DNA from: a virus
IMG/VR virus record: IMGVR_UViG_3300047388_000107
Location: 1-64,000 of that record
Strand: one strand, 5' to 3'
Length of the DNA: 64,000 bases
In this document: positions 47,587 through 54,790 of the stretch, one piece after another
How the letters are laid out: each line of letters begins with the position of its first letter
Numbering within the stretch: the first letter of the stretch is position 1
The notes under the pieces: model-generated
What the model was told of the DNA's origin: nothing
Databases searched by the model: none
The model's input: the letters and a program-made list of their open reading frames with translations, nothing else
Translations under genes and position numbers: made by a program

Positions 47587-47631
47587 GATGTTTGCTCCGT
47601 GAGAGGATATCGGAGAGACCGGGATGGCCCT

Positions 47632-47678
47632 CCTACGGCCTCAAGCCCGGACCATCTTTCGATGGCCGGGCTATCGGC
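47632..47678 (-). promoter_or_regulatory. Conserved intergenic hairpin element, copy C
   Basis: Minus strand AGCCCGG-CCATC-GAAA-GATGG-T-CCGGGCTTGAGGCCGTAGG. Confidence 0.75.
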
Positions 47679-47692
47679 AGGTAAAGACTGGT

Positions 47693-47857
47693 TTATGGCA
47701 GTTGTCTTTCGGCCTGATAGAGCGCGAAGGCTAACAGCTTCTGGTCCGTGGTGGTCAGCATGCAAACGGCCATGGCATGCCTGCGGGCATAGGATCGCAG
47801 CTTGCGGGCATTGGTGAGGGTGGGAGCGAGCATCCATCGGTTGAGAAGTTTAAGCAT
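47693..47857 (-). CDS. Early hypothetical protein
   Basis: GGAG RBS before MLKLL. Confidence 0.6.
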   Translation of the reverse strand: MLKLLNRWMLAPTLTNARKLRSYARRHAMAVCMLTTTDQKLLAFALYQAERQLP

Positions 47858-48102
47858 GTGAGCGTCTCCATGGGTTGAAGCGTCATTGAAGCACAAACGA
47901 TAGCGTTACCGCTAATAAAAACACGTTTTCACGTCTTCACATTTGGTTACAGGCTGTAGGCTCTAGGATTGGATTAGAAGGCCATAGAGTGGGGTCTCCC
48001 CACAGAGCTACAGAGTGACCGGATTGGGAAAATAACGCATCAGTGACGTTTTCGTGTTTTGTTCTTGAGTGTATACGCTATGGAACTAGCGGGCAGGTTG
48101 TA

Positions 48103-48339
48103 TTACTTTTTTATCCGGATGAAATCATACCTGTGGCTATTGTTGATGCACCATCCGGTTCTTTTTTGTTTTTGAAAATTGACAATGATGTTGCCATATT
48201 CATTGGGCTGCCATTCGCAGTCGCGCTGTTTGGCGATTAGAGCGGCGAACTCATCATGGTTGTGTTTTTCGTATGGAACTAAGCGGCGCGAATACAGAAC
48301 AGTGCGGCCGGGTAGTCTTCTGACATAGACGTAAGTCAC
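48103..48339 (-). CDS. Hypothetical protein
   Basis: AGGAG RBS, GTG start. Confidence 0.5.
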   Translation of the reverse strand: MTYVYVRRLPGRTVLYSRRLVPYEKHNHDEFAALIAKQRDCEWQPNEYGNIIVNFQKQKRTGWCINNSHRYDFIRIKK

Positions 48340-48349
48340 GTGACGCTCC

Positions 48350-48841
48350 TATGGTTGTAGACGTTAGTAATGGGACCGGGTTTGAGGTTCACCCTACAAA
48401 GACAATTACTACAAGCGTCATCGCTATCGAGTTCCAAAATATGATTGTTTAATAATTTCAATGATTTAACTTGCCTACTGAAATTTTGTAGTTTTGGCCT
48501 GTTGGGATGTAGGTGTGTGGGAGGTTAAGTCATTGAAATCATTGTGTTATTTTTTATTTTTCTTACATTTGGGGGGGTCAAAACGCTTAAGAGGGGTAAA
48601 AAAGAATATTGAAAAAATGTTTGTTCCCGGTATGTCTAGGGACCGTTGAAATGATTATGTTATTTTGACCTACATGTGTTTGTTCTTGGTTTGTTCGTGT
48701 CTGTCACCTACAACCACGATCCGCCCACATGTAATAATACAAGCCAAAAATCAAGTTAAGTCCATGACCGGTCTACACTAATCGCTATAACCCTACCAAC
48801 CCCACAAAAATACATTAAAAGGGGGGTTTTGTTGTGGGGTG
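48350..48841. other. AT-rich non-coding control region
   Basis: No ORF >=60 aa; many CTACA/TGTAG pentamers; 18-bp inverted pair 48453-48470 / 48524-48541. Confidence 0.75.
48682..48696 (+). promoter_or_regulatory. Alphaproteobacterial LexA-box match GTTC-N7-GTTC
   Basis: GTTCTTGGTTTGTTC. Confidence 0.55.
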
Positions 48842-49303
48842 CTAAAAAGCGCTTAAAGTGGCTCTAGTCCGGTCCACTATTTTGAGTGTGGGGGAGGCTT
48901 CGGAAAGCGCAAAATAGGCAATTGGCGCTCTATCCATCGCGGTCGCAAATAGGAGGCGTGTGGGGCCGTAAAACAGGCTTTCGACTACGCCAAGTGCGCG
49001 ACCTGCTTCGATGCGGGCGGAAACTAGATCGATAGCGTCGGTCGCGGTTTCGATTGACCATTGCGCGCCCTCGTAGGCAAGGACGGCGGCGAACAAGAGG
49101 TTTAGCGCATCTAGGATCAAATCGGCTTGGATGTCGGATAAACCGAGCATTTCGCGCTTGATCGGCATCAAGGCGATACCGGCCGGTTTGAGGGCGCGAG
49201 CGCCCGCGTTAAGGATTTGTTCGAGTTCCGCGCGTGCTTCGTGAAAGACGATCTCAGAAAAACCGGTGAACAGAGCGGGAACGGTTTTATCGGTCATTTG
49301 CAT
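48842..49303 (-). CDS. Hypothetical protein
   Basis: ~153 aa, divergent from 49357. Confidence 0.6.
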   Translation of the reverse strand: MQMTDKTVPALFTGFSEIVFHEARAELEQILNAGARALKPAGIALMPIKREMLGLSDIQADLILDALNLLFAAVLAYEGAQWSIETATDAIDLVSARIEAGRALGVVESLFYGPTRLLFATAMDRAPIAYFALSEASPTLKIVDRTRATLSAF

Positions 49304-49356
49304 GGCCCTTTTACTAGTGTATACGTTAGCGTGTGGGATGATCCCACATAGGAGGA

Positions 49357-49656
49357 TTGAATATGAACATGCGAATTGAAACAATCGACTATGCCGTGAT
49401 GGTAGATGAACTGGCAGAACTCAAGGCGAGCATCGCGCCACTGCAAGAACGTGAAGCTACGTTGAAGGACCTGTTCAAAGAAGGCGGACGCGACCGCTAC
49501 GATGGAACCGGGCACACCGCTGTTGTCGTGCTGTCCGAGCGGGACAGTCTCGACACCAAGCGGCTGCGAGCGGACCTAGGCGAGGAACTGTACCTGTCCT
49601 ATTGTTCCAAGACGTCGGTCACGGCCGTTCGCCTGACCGCTCGTAAAACCCATTAG
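49357..49656 (+). CDS. Hypothetical coiled-coil protein
   Basis: AGGAGG RBS; VDELA.LKA.I..L...E..LK. Confidence 0.8.
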   Translation: MNMNMRIETIDYAVMVDELAELKASIAPLQEREATLKDLFKEGGRDRYDGTGHTAVVVLSERDSLDTKRLRADLGEELYLSYCSKTSVTAVRLTARKTH

Positions 49657-49667
49657 GACGGTCACTC

Positions 49668-49829
49668 ATGGGTCATGCAATGTTGTTCGCGGGGGTAATA
49701 GCCCTCGTCGCTCTCGCCTTTGGCAAGGACGCTGCGGTCATCCTAGCCCGTATCCTCGTGATCGGTATTCCCTTAGTGATCGCAGTCCTTCTGCTCTGCG
49801 CTAGCGCTGGCGTGTTCAAAGGTCTGTAA
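49668..49829 (+). CDS. 53-aa two-TM membrane protein (not in ORF track)
   Basis: MGHAMLFAGVIALVALAFGKDAAVILARILVIGIPLVIAVLLLCASAGVFKGL. Confidence 0.55.
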   Translation: MGHAMLFAGVIALVALAFGKDAAVILARILVIGIPLVIAVLLLCASAGVFKGL

Positions 49830-49954
49830 AGCTGACCTGACGTTTGTTGCGACGCGACGGCCCGGACGCAAGTTCGGGCCTATGCGCGTCTGCGCGCGGC
49901 TCACCCTCGAACCGTTGCCGCTCGAACCACTCGCTTTCCTTCCCGGTCTCCCTG

Positions 49955-50042
49955 CTGGTATGTGGGATGTGGCATAGCGTATACCAGTAACCACTGGTAT
50001 CTGGCATGTGGTATCTGGTATACAGTATACCAGATACCAGAA
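49955..50042. repeat. Heptamer STGGYAT array ending in a 31-bp palindrome (50009-50039), site copy 2
   Basis: TGGTATCTGGTATAC-A-GTATACCAGATACCA with perfect 15-bp arms. Confidence 0.92.
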
Positions 50043-50129
50043 GGTACCGAATGTGACAGAAAGGTGGTCGGATCGCTTTCGGGTACCGGTAACGGGCGAT
50101 GGCGGCGGCAGGCTGGCGCTAGATACCCC

Positions 50130-50283
50130 ACCCCCTAGGAATTTTTAGTATACAAGTTTACTGATAACAGTAACACGCCGTGTGATACCCTACCCCCTAG
50201 GAAATTTTAGTATACAAGTTTACGCCCGTAGGGTAAGTTTACAAATCCTCCACCCCCTAGGAAATTTTAGTATACAAGTTGAC
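50130..50283 (+). repeat. Three 32-bp direct repeats ACCCCCTAGGAAWTTTTAGTATACAAGTTKAC with 30- and 28-bp spacers
   Basis: Copies at 50130-50161, 50192-50223, 50252-50283. Confidence 0.93.
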
Positions 50284-50379
50284 AAATGCTTTAGCGGTGT
50301 TATGGAACTATGCTAAAGTCCGGTCCCTCTGGTGGAACAGAAGTAACAAACCGCCGCCAAGTGCGAGCTGGCAGGAAAG

Positions 50380-50640
50380 ATGGCAAAAATGGCAGACAAC
50401 CGGCTCGATCTCATTCGTTCCATCGTGCTGGCGGCCGATCAGGCCCGCGACAATCCCGATCTGGCGTGGCGGACCCTCAGCCAGATCAAGCGGTTGCTGG
50501 TCGAGCCTGACTTGAACCAGCGGCGTGTTAGGGCGCTGCAGTTCATCAAGGCACTCGCGGCCGATGATCTGGGCGATCCTCCGACGGTCCGATTGGCAGC
50601 AATCTGGCAAGCGGCGCATGACGCGCTGCGTGAGGTTTGA
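50380..50640 (+). CDS. Early hypothetical protein
   Basis: First ORF after repeats. Confidence 0.7.
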   Translation: MAKMADNRLDLIRSIVLAADQARDNPDLAWRTLSQIKRLLVEPDLNQRRVRALQFIKALAADDLGDPPTVRLAAIWQAAHDALREV

Positions 50641-50642
50641 AA

Positions 50643-50915
50643 ATGGCTAAACGCGAGCGCAAGCTGTCAGCCTCCACGGTGCGCGACATGGCCCGCAGGC
50701 GAGGACTGGCGATCCACAGGGCAGTAGCTGGCGGCTGGTACGTCGTGCTGATAGGCTACGTCTCCGGTCAGCCAGCCCCTACCCCGGTCCTCTATGCCAC
50801 CCACGACTGGAACAAGGCCAAGGCGTTCGTCAAAAAGCAGCCGACCATCATCAAGGTTCGGCCAGAATTTTCAAATTCTGTCGATAGGGAGAGTGACGAG
50901 GATGACAAGAGCTAA
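50643..50915 (+). CDS. Early hypothetical protein
   Basis: GAGG RBS. Confidence 0.7.
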   Translation: MAKRERKLSASTVRDMARRRGLAIHRAVAGGWYVVLIGYVSGQPAPTPVLYATHDWNKAKAFVKKQPTIIKVRPEFSNSVDRESDEDDKS

Positions 50916-51180
50916 CACCAGACCGTACAGCCAGCTGCACAACGACATGCTCAAGCATCTGACCATCCAGCTGCGCAAGGCCAACTACGACGTCGCGCAG
51001 ACTTGCGAGCTGGCCGACATCGCTCCGGAAATGATCACCCAGATCATCGTCTCGGCACTGCTGGCCGAAGCCATTCATGGCATGGCGGTCCTTGAGATGT
51101 CCGAAACCCAGTTTATCGCGCTGTGCCGCCGCGCCTACCGGCAGCTCTATCCGGAAATATCGCAAAGTATGGGCCGATGA
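50902..51180 (+). CDS. Small helical early protein, paralogue family member 2
   Basis: DVAQTC...LLAEA...MSETQF..LC..AY. Confidence 0.75.
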   Translation: MTRANTRPYSQLHNDMLKHLTIQLRKANYDVAQTCELADIAPEMITQIIVSALLAEAIHGMAVLEMSETQFIALCRRAYRQLYPEISQSMGR

Positions 51181-51217
51181 TTACGCTGCTGGCCATCACA
51201 ACTCACGAGGCCGTTCG

Positions 51218-51328
51218 ATGACGCTGACCCTGATAACCATCAGTGTACTGGTTGGGGCGGTCCTGCTGCTGCTGATCGAAGCCGCCATTCTTGCCTTGTT
51301 ATTCGCCAGCGAGTGGCGCGAAAGGTGA
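51218..51328 (+). CDS. 36-aa single-TM peptide
   Basis: GAGG RBS; MTLTLITISVLVGAVLLLLIEAAILALLF. Confidence 0.5.
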   Translation: MTLTLITISVLVGAVLLLLIEAAILALLFASEWRER

Positions 51329-51338
51329 GAGCAACAAC

Positions 51339-51485
51339 ATGAGCCGCAAAATGGTTCTGACGTTTGACGAGCACGATTATGACCAGCTGATCTTGCTGGC
51401 CAAATTGCACAAGTGCAGCGTTACCGAGCTGGTGCGCCGCATCGTCCGCGCCCATCTCGACAAGCGCGAGCTGGAGTTAAAATGA
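51339..51485 (+). CDS. CopG/RHH-like DNA-binding protein
   Basis: KMVLTFDE..Y..L..LA.....SV.ELVR..V. Confidence 0.7.
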   Translation: MSRKMVLTFDEHDYDQLILLAKLHKCSVTELVRRIVRAHLDKRELELK

Positions 51486-51769
51486 CCTATAAAGATAACG
51501 CTATTTTTAAAGATGTGGCGCAGCATTTTGCCGAACGCTTGCAGCAGCTGGTCAGAGATACCAGAGATACTTGCGCGCAGTCGAGATTGACACCGGACGA
51601 TTGCGTCATGCTGGTAACCATACATCTGTGGTACCAGCTGGCGCGCGCCGCTCACGCGGGCGAGATCAGCGAGGCCGATTTCGTCAAGGCGGCCTCCTTG
51701 GCTTATTGCGATATCAAGGGCTGGCTGGAGCAGCAGCTCAGCAAAAATTCTGGTCCTAAGAAAAATTAA
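51482..51769 (+). CDS. Small helical early protein, paralogue family member 3
   Basis: F.ERL..L..D..DTC...AH...SE..F.....AY. Confidence 0.75.
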   Translation: MTYKDNAIFKDVAQHFAERLQQLVRDTRDTCAQSRLTPDDCVMLVTIHLWYQLARAAHAGEISEADFVKAASLAYCDIKGWLEQQLSKNSGPKKN

Positions 51770-52021
51770 ATGAGTAACGACGCCAGTTTAATCGAACACC
51801 TGCGCTATCACGCCTCCGACCTTGGCGCGCATGCCGTGCCGTGCCGGGAAGCTGCCGATCAGATCGAGCGGCTTGAGGCGGCGCTGCAGTTCTATCGCGA
51901 TGGATGGATGTTCCAGACACACAAAAGTATGCCGGGACTATCATGGTCTCCAAAAGAAGAATTGCTTGATGATTGCGGCAACATCGCCCGCGCCGCACTG
52001 GGCAAGGATACAGGAAAATGA
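51770..52021 (+). CDS. Hypothetical protein
   Basis: EAADQIERLE.AL.FY...D.G.IARAAL phage pattern. Confidence 0.75.
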   Translation: MSNDASLIEHLRYHASDLGAHAVPCREAADQIERLEAALQFYRDGWMFQTHKSMPGLSWSPKEELLDDCGNIARAALGKDTGK

Positions 52022-52389
52022 AAAAGACGCTTCCTCAGCTGCTGGAAACAGCCCGCCTCCGCGCTGGCGCTTACGCCTCAAGGACCGGAGATCAGCATGG
52101 CGCGTTCAAGCTCATTGCGCCATCGCGGCGGCTGGCGGTGCTCTCCAGCGGCCCCAATGAGGGTTGGGAGCATGTCAGCGTTTCAGCCCATGACCGCACC
52201 CCGACGTGGAAGGAAATGTGCTGGATCAAGGATCTGTTCTGGGACGACGATGAAGTGGTGATGCAGTTGCATCCGGCCAAGCGGGATTACGTCAACCACC
52301 ATCCGTATTGCCTGCACCTCTGGCGGCCGCTCGAAGGCGTCATCCCGTTGCCGCCGTCGGAGTTTGTCGGGCCGAAGGAAACGGCATGA
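52018..52389 (+). CDS. Conserved phage hypothetical protein
   Basis: WEHVSVS...RTPTW.EM...KDLFW...E...Q.HP....YVN.HP.CLHLW. Confidence 0.85.
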   Translation: MKKTLPQLLETARLRAGAYASRTGDQHGAFKLIAPSRRLAVLSSGPNEGWEHVSVSAHDRTPTWKEMCWIKDLFWDDDEVVMQLHPAKRDYVNHHPYCLHLWRPLEGVIPLPPSEFVGPKETA

Positions 52390-52395
52390 GCCTGC
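52269..52395 (+). repeat. Exact 127-bp direct repeat, copy 2
   Basis: Identical to 1-127. Confidence 0.97.
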
Positions 52396-53129
52396 ATGCC
52401 GCTTGTTCGCCGTCGTCCGCCACGATGTGGTTAAATTGTGCGGCCAGCGTCACCAAAACCAAGGACATGGTTCGTCCGTCGTCAAAATATGCCCGTGAAG
52501 GCACCGCCGCGCACAAGGTGGCCGAGCTGACCCTGAAGGGGGATATCTTCCTGCCCGACAAGGTCACCGTCGAAGGCTACGAGTATATCGTTTCGCCCGG
52601 CATGTGCCGGGCCCTCAACTCATACATCACGCATATCGAAAGCCTTCGAGCCTTACCCGATGCCGTGGTGGTGCTTGAAAAACGCCTCGTCGTCCCGCAG
52701 ACCGGCGGCATGGTCTGGGGTACGCTGGACTGCGGCGTGCAGGCGACCGGCGAGTTACACGTCGTCGACCTGAAATTCGGCAAGTGGGGTGTTGTCGATC
52801 CCGATGCTCCGCAGCTCAAGCTCTACGCGCTGGCGCTGGCTGATCACGTCAAAGCGACGCGGCCAGATACTCGCGTCACGCTGACCATCTGCCAGCCGCG
52901 TGCCGGGGATACGGCGCTGCGCTCGCACGTTTCGACGCTGGGTGCGTTGAAGACGTGGCGGGCAACCTACGTCAGGCCCGCCATCCTGCGGATCAAGGCG
53001 GGTGACTTAACCGAGCACGCGGGCCCGCACTGCCGCTGGTGCGTGCGGCAAACCGAATGCAAAGCCTTTGCCCAAAAACATCAGGCGCGCGCCACGGACG
53101 TGTTCGACGATGCAGGACCGTTCGCATGA
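52386..53129 (+). CDS. DUF2800 / Cas4-like exonuclease (phage B)
   Basis: HA..SPSSA..W..C, EGTAAH, WGT.D, DLKFG, QL.LYA, HCRWC. Confidence 0.88.
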   Translation: MSLHAACSPSSATMWLNCAASVTKTKDMVRPSSKYAREGTAAHKVAELTLKGDIFLPDKVTVEGYEYIVSPGMCRALNSYITHIESLRALPDAVVVLEKRLVVPQTGGMVWGTLDCGVQATGELHVVDLKFGKWGVVDPDAPQLKLYALALADHVKATRPDTRVTLTICQPRAGDTALRSHVSTLGALKTWRATYVRPAILRIKAGDLTEHAGPHCRWCVRQTECKAFAQKHQARATDVFDDAGPFA

Positions 53130-53263
53130 AGCGCCGCAACCCGCCGAGCGACATCCCGCGGGCCCGGTCGCTGCTGATCAGGGGCATGGAGCTGAAAGAC
53201 TGGGATTACGTCTACGCGGCGCTGCTGCTGATGACCCGGGCAAAACGGCGGGTTAAACGTTAA
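53126..53263 (+). CDS. Small hypothetical protein
   Basis: ATGA coupling. Confidence 0.5.
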   Translation: MKRRNPPSDIPRARSLLIRGMELKDWDYVYAALLLMTRAKRRVKR

Positions 53264-53296
53264 CGAAAGCCGCGGTTGACAGGGCCGCGGCTTTCG
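53264..53296 (+). promoter_or_regulatory. 12-bp inverted repeat enclosing TTGACA upstream of SSB
   Basis: CGAAAGCCGCGG-TTGACAGGG-CCGCGGCTTTCG. Confidence 0.6.
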
Positions 53297-53351
53297 ACGG
53301 ACTATGTCCCTGTTACTTCGTGTCAACCCATCTCAACAGAAAGATCTCATC

Positions 53352-53891
53352 ATGGCTGCCATCAATACCCCCTATGCCACCCTCTCCTTTCAGAACCTGT
53401 TCACCCCGCGTCCCCGCGCCGAAGGCGGTGACCCGGTGTATTCCTGCGCGCTGATCTTCGATCCGGCCGCGCAGAAGTCGCCGAAGTACAAGGCGCTGCA
53501 GGACGCCTGCATCGAAGCCGCCCGCAGTGAATGGGGCGACAACGTCAACATCAAACAGGTCAAAATGCCGTTCCGGGACGCGGGCGAAAAGTCTTATGAT
53601 GGTTACCGTCCCGGCGATGTCTTCATCTCGCCGTGGTCAAAGAACAAGCCCGGCATCGTCGACACCAACCGGGAGGATATCCTGTTGTCCGAGGAAGTCT
53701 GGTCCGGGCAACTGGTGCGCGCCAACGTGGTGCCGTTCGCGTGGTCGCATACCGGCAAGCGCGGCGTCTCCTTTGGCTTGAACCATGTCCAGGTGATCCA
53801 GAGCGACGGCCGCCAGCGGCTCGACGGGCGGCCGTCGGCAGGCTCAGCATTCGACGACGGCGAAGTCAAAGGCGGCGACGGGATCTTCTGA
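53352..53891 (+). CDS. ssDNA-binding protein DUF2815 (phage B)
   Basis: LSF..LF.P, YS..LI, PFRD, KPG.VD, SG...RA.V..F......GVS.GL..VQ, acidic tail. Confidence 0.9.
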   Translation: MAAINTPYATLSFQNLFTPRPRAEGGDPVYSCALIFDPAAQKSPKYKALQDACIEAARSEWGDNVNIKQVKMPFRDAGEKSYDGYRPGDVFISPWSKNKPGIVDTNREDILLSEEVWSGQLVRANVVPFAWSHTGKRGVSFGLNHVQVIQSDGRQRLDGRPSAGSAFDDGEVKGGDGIF

Positions 53892-54250
53892 TGGCGGACG
53901 AGTTTACCAGGGAGCTGTCCGAGCTGGCCAGCACCGCCAAACGAACGAAGGCGGCGGTGCCGCCTTCGAGGTCAGCACCGATGCCGATCTACGACTTCGA
54001 GCATCTCGGCGAAACCTTGTCGGACAGTCTGGTGCAGGCGGCCGAAGATCTGTCGGCCGAAGCGCAACAGATCGCCAACCGGTTGACAGAGGATGCGCAT
54101 CAGCTGGCCAACAACGCCCGGACCCTGGCCGCCGACATCCGGCTACAGGTCTCCGAGCAAAGCAAGCTGCTCGCCGACATCAACAACCGGCTCAAGGCGT
54201 CCGGCGAACAGGTGCTGGAAGCGCAGCGCAAATTCAACGGAGGCGCCTAA
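53891..54250 (+). CDS. Coiled-coil hypothetical protein
   Basis: Homologue of 40073-40330. Confidence 0.75.
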   Translation: MADEFTRELSELASTAKRTKAAVPPSRSAPMPIYDFEHLGETLSDSLVQAAEDLSAEAQQIANRLTEDAHQLANNARTLAADIRLQVSEQSKLLADINNRLKASGEQVLEAQRKFNGGA

Positions 54251-54435
54251 TGGACGACAAGATCAGGCGGCGGCCGGGACGTCCGGTCAAATACGGTCCG
54301 ACGACGATGCACCGGCTGCAGCGCACCCTGCATCAGCAGATCCGGCAGCAGCTGTGGCCGTGGGAAACCCTGTCGGATTACATCCGGCTGGCGCTTAAGA
54401 AAGAGTTGCAGGTACGCGACCAGATCAGGTCCTGA
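54250..54435 (+). CDS. Arc/RHH-like DNA-binding protein
   Basis: Homologue of 32468-32695. Confidence 0.65.
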   Translation: MDDKIRRRPGRPVKYGPTTMHRLQRTLHQQIRQQLWPWETLSDYIRLALKKELQVRDQIRS

Positions 54436-54436
54436 C

Positions 54437-54470
54437 AAAAAACAGCCCCGCCAGAACGGCGGGGCTTTTT
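54437..54470. terminator. Bidirectional rho-independent terminator
   Basis: A6-C-AGCCCCGCC-AGAAC-GGCGGGGCT-TTTT between convergent operons. Confidence 0.88.
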
Positions 54471-54613
54471 AGTTGTCTTACCCGCCGCACCGGTACCACA
54501 GCACGGCGCCTCCGGCAATCAACAGCCACAGCGGCAGCGACAGCAGCATGCCGGTGAGGATGCCGCGGGCGACGTTCAGGCCGTTGTCGTTGTCGTTGTC
54601 ATGCTCTGGCGGG

Positions 54614-54790
54614 TCAGCGGACTGGGCTGCCGAACACCTGAAATCCGAGCAGGCCGATCAGCAGAAACAGGATGAACCAGCTGCCGAACGGCGCCCAGAT
54701 CTGCCCGGCGGGCCGCCACGGGTTCATGCCCCAGACCCCGAACACCAGCGTGAAGACCCAGATGATCCAGAACCAGATATTGGCACCCAT
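54614..54790 (-). CDS. 58-aa two-TM protein, holin candidate (not in ORF track)
   Basis: MGANIWFWIIWVFTLVFG...FILFLLIGLLGFQVFGSPVR. Confidence 0.65.
   Translation of the reverse strand: MGANIWFWIIWVFTLVFGVWGMNPWRPAGQIWAPFGSWFILFLLIGLLGFQVFGSPVR

Larger units (their letters stand above)
1..52268. mobile_element. Apparently complete circular(ised) podovirus-like phage genome A, 52,268 bp
   Basis: Full head, tail, lysis, replication and early gene set, each core gene once; closed by exact 127-bp repeat (1-127 = 52269-52395); the ORF split at the window start is continuous across the join. Confidence 0.8.

Noticed and set aside
47632-47678. Hammerhead ribozyme
   Set aside because: No CUGANGA core; GAAA is only a tetraloop.
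48376-48389. Fourth copy of the early hairpin motif (CCGGGTTTGAGG)
   Set aside because: Opposite strand, degenerate, no partner arm.
48842-48856. CtrA box CTAA-N7-TTAA
   Set aside because: Mismatched, at a gene 3' end, and expected by chance in AT-rich DNA.
50009-50039. Protelomerase (hairpin telomere) site
   Set aside because: Odd-length palindrome with a central base, and no protelomerase or tyrosine recombinase recognised.
50130-50283. CRISPR array call
   Set aside because: Only three units, spacers contain repeat fragments, no clear repeat hairpin, no cas operon; the Cas4-like genes are ordinary phage DUF2800 exonucleases. Kept as a repeat.
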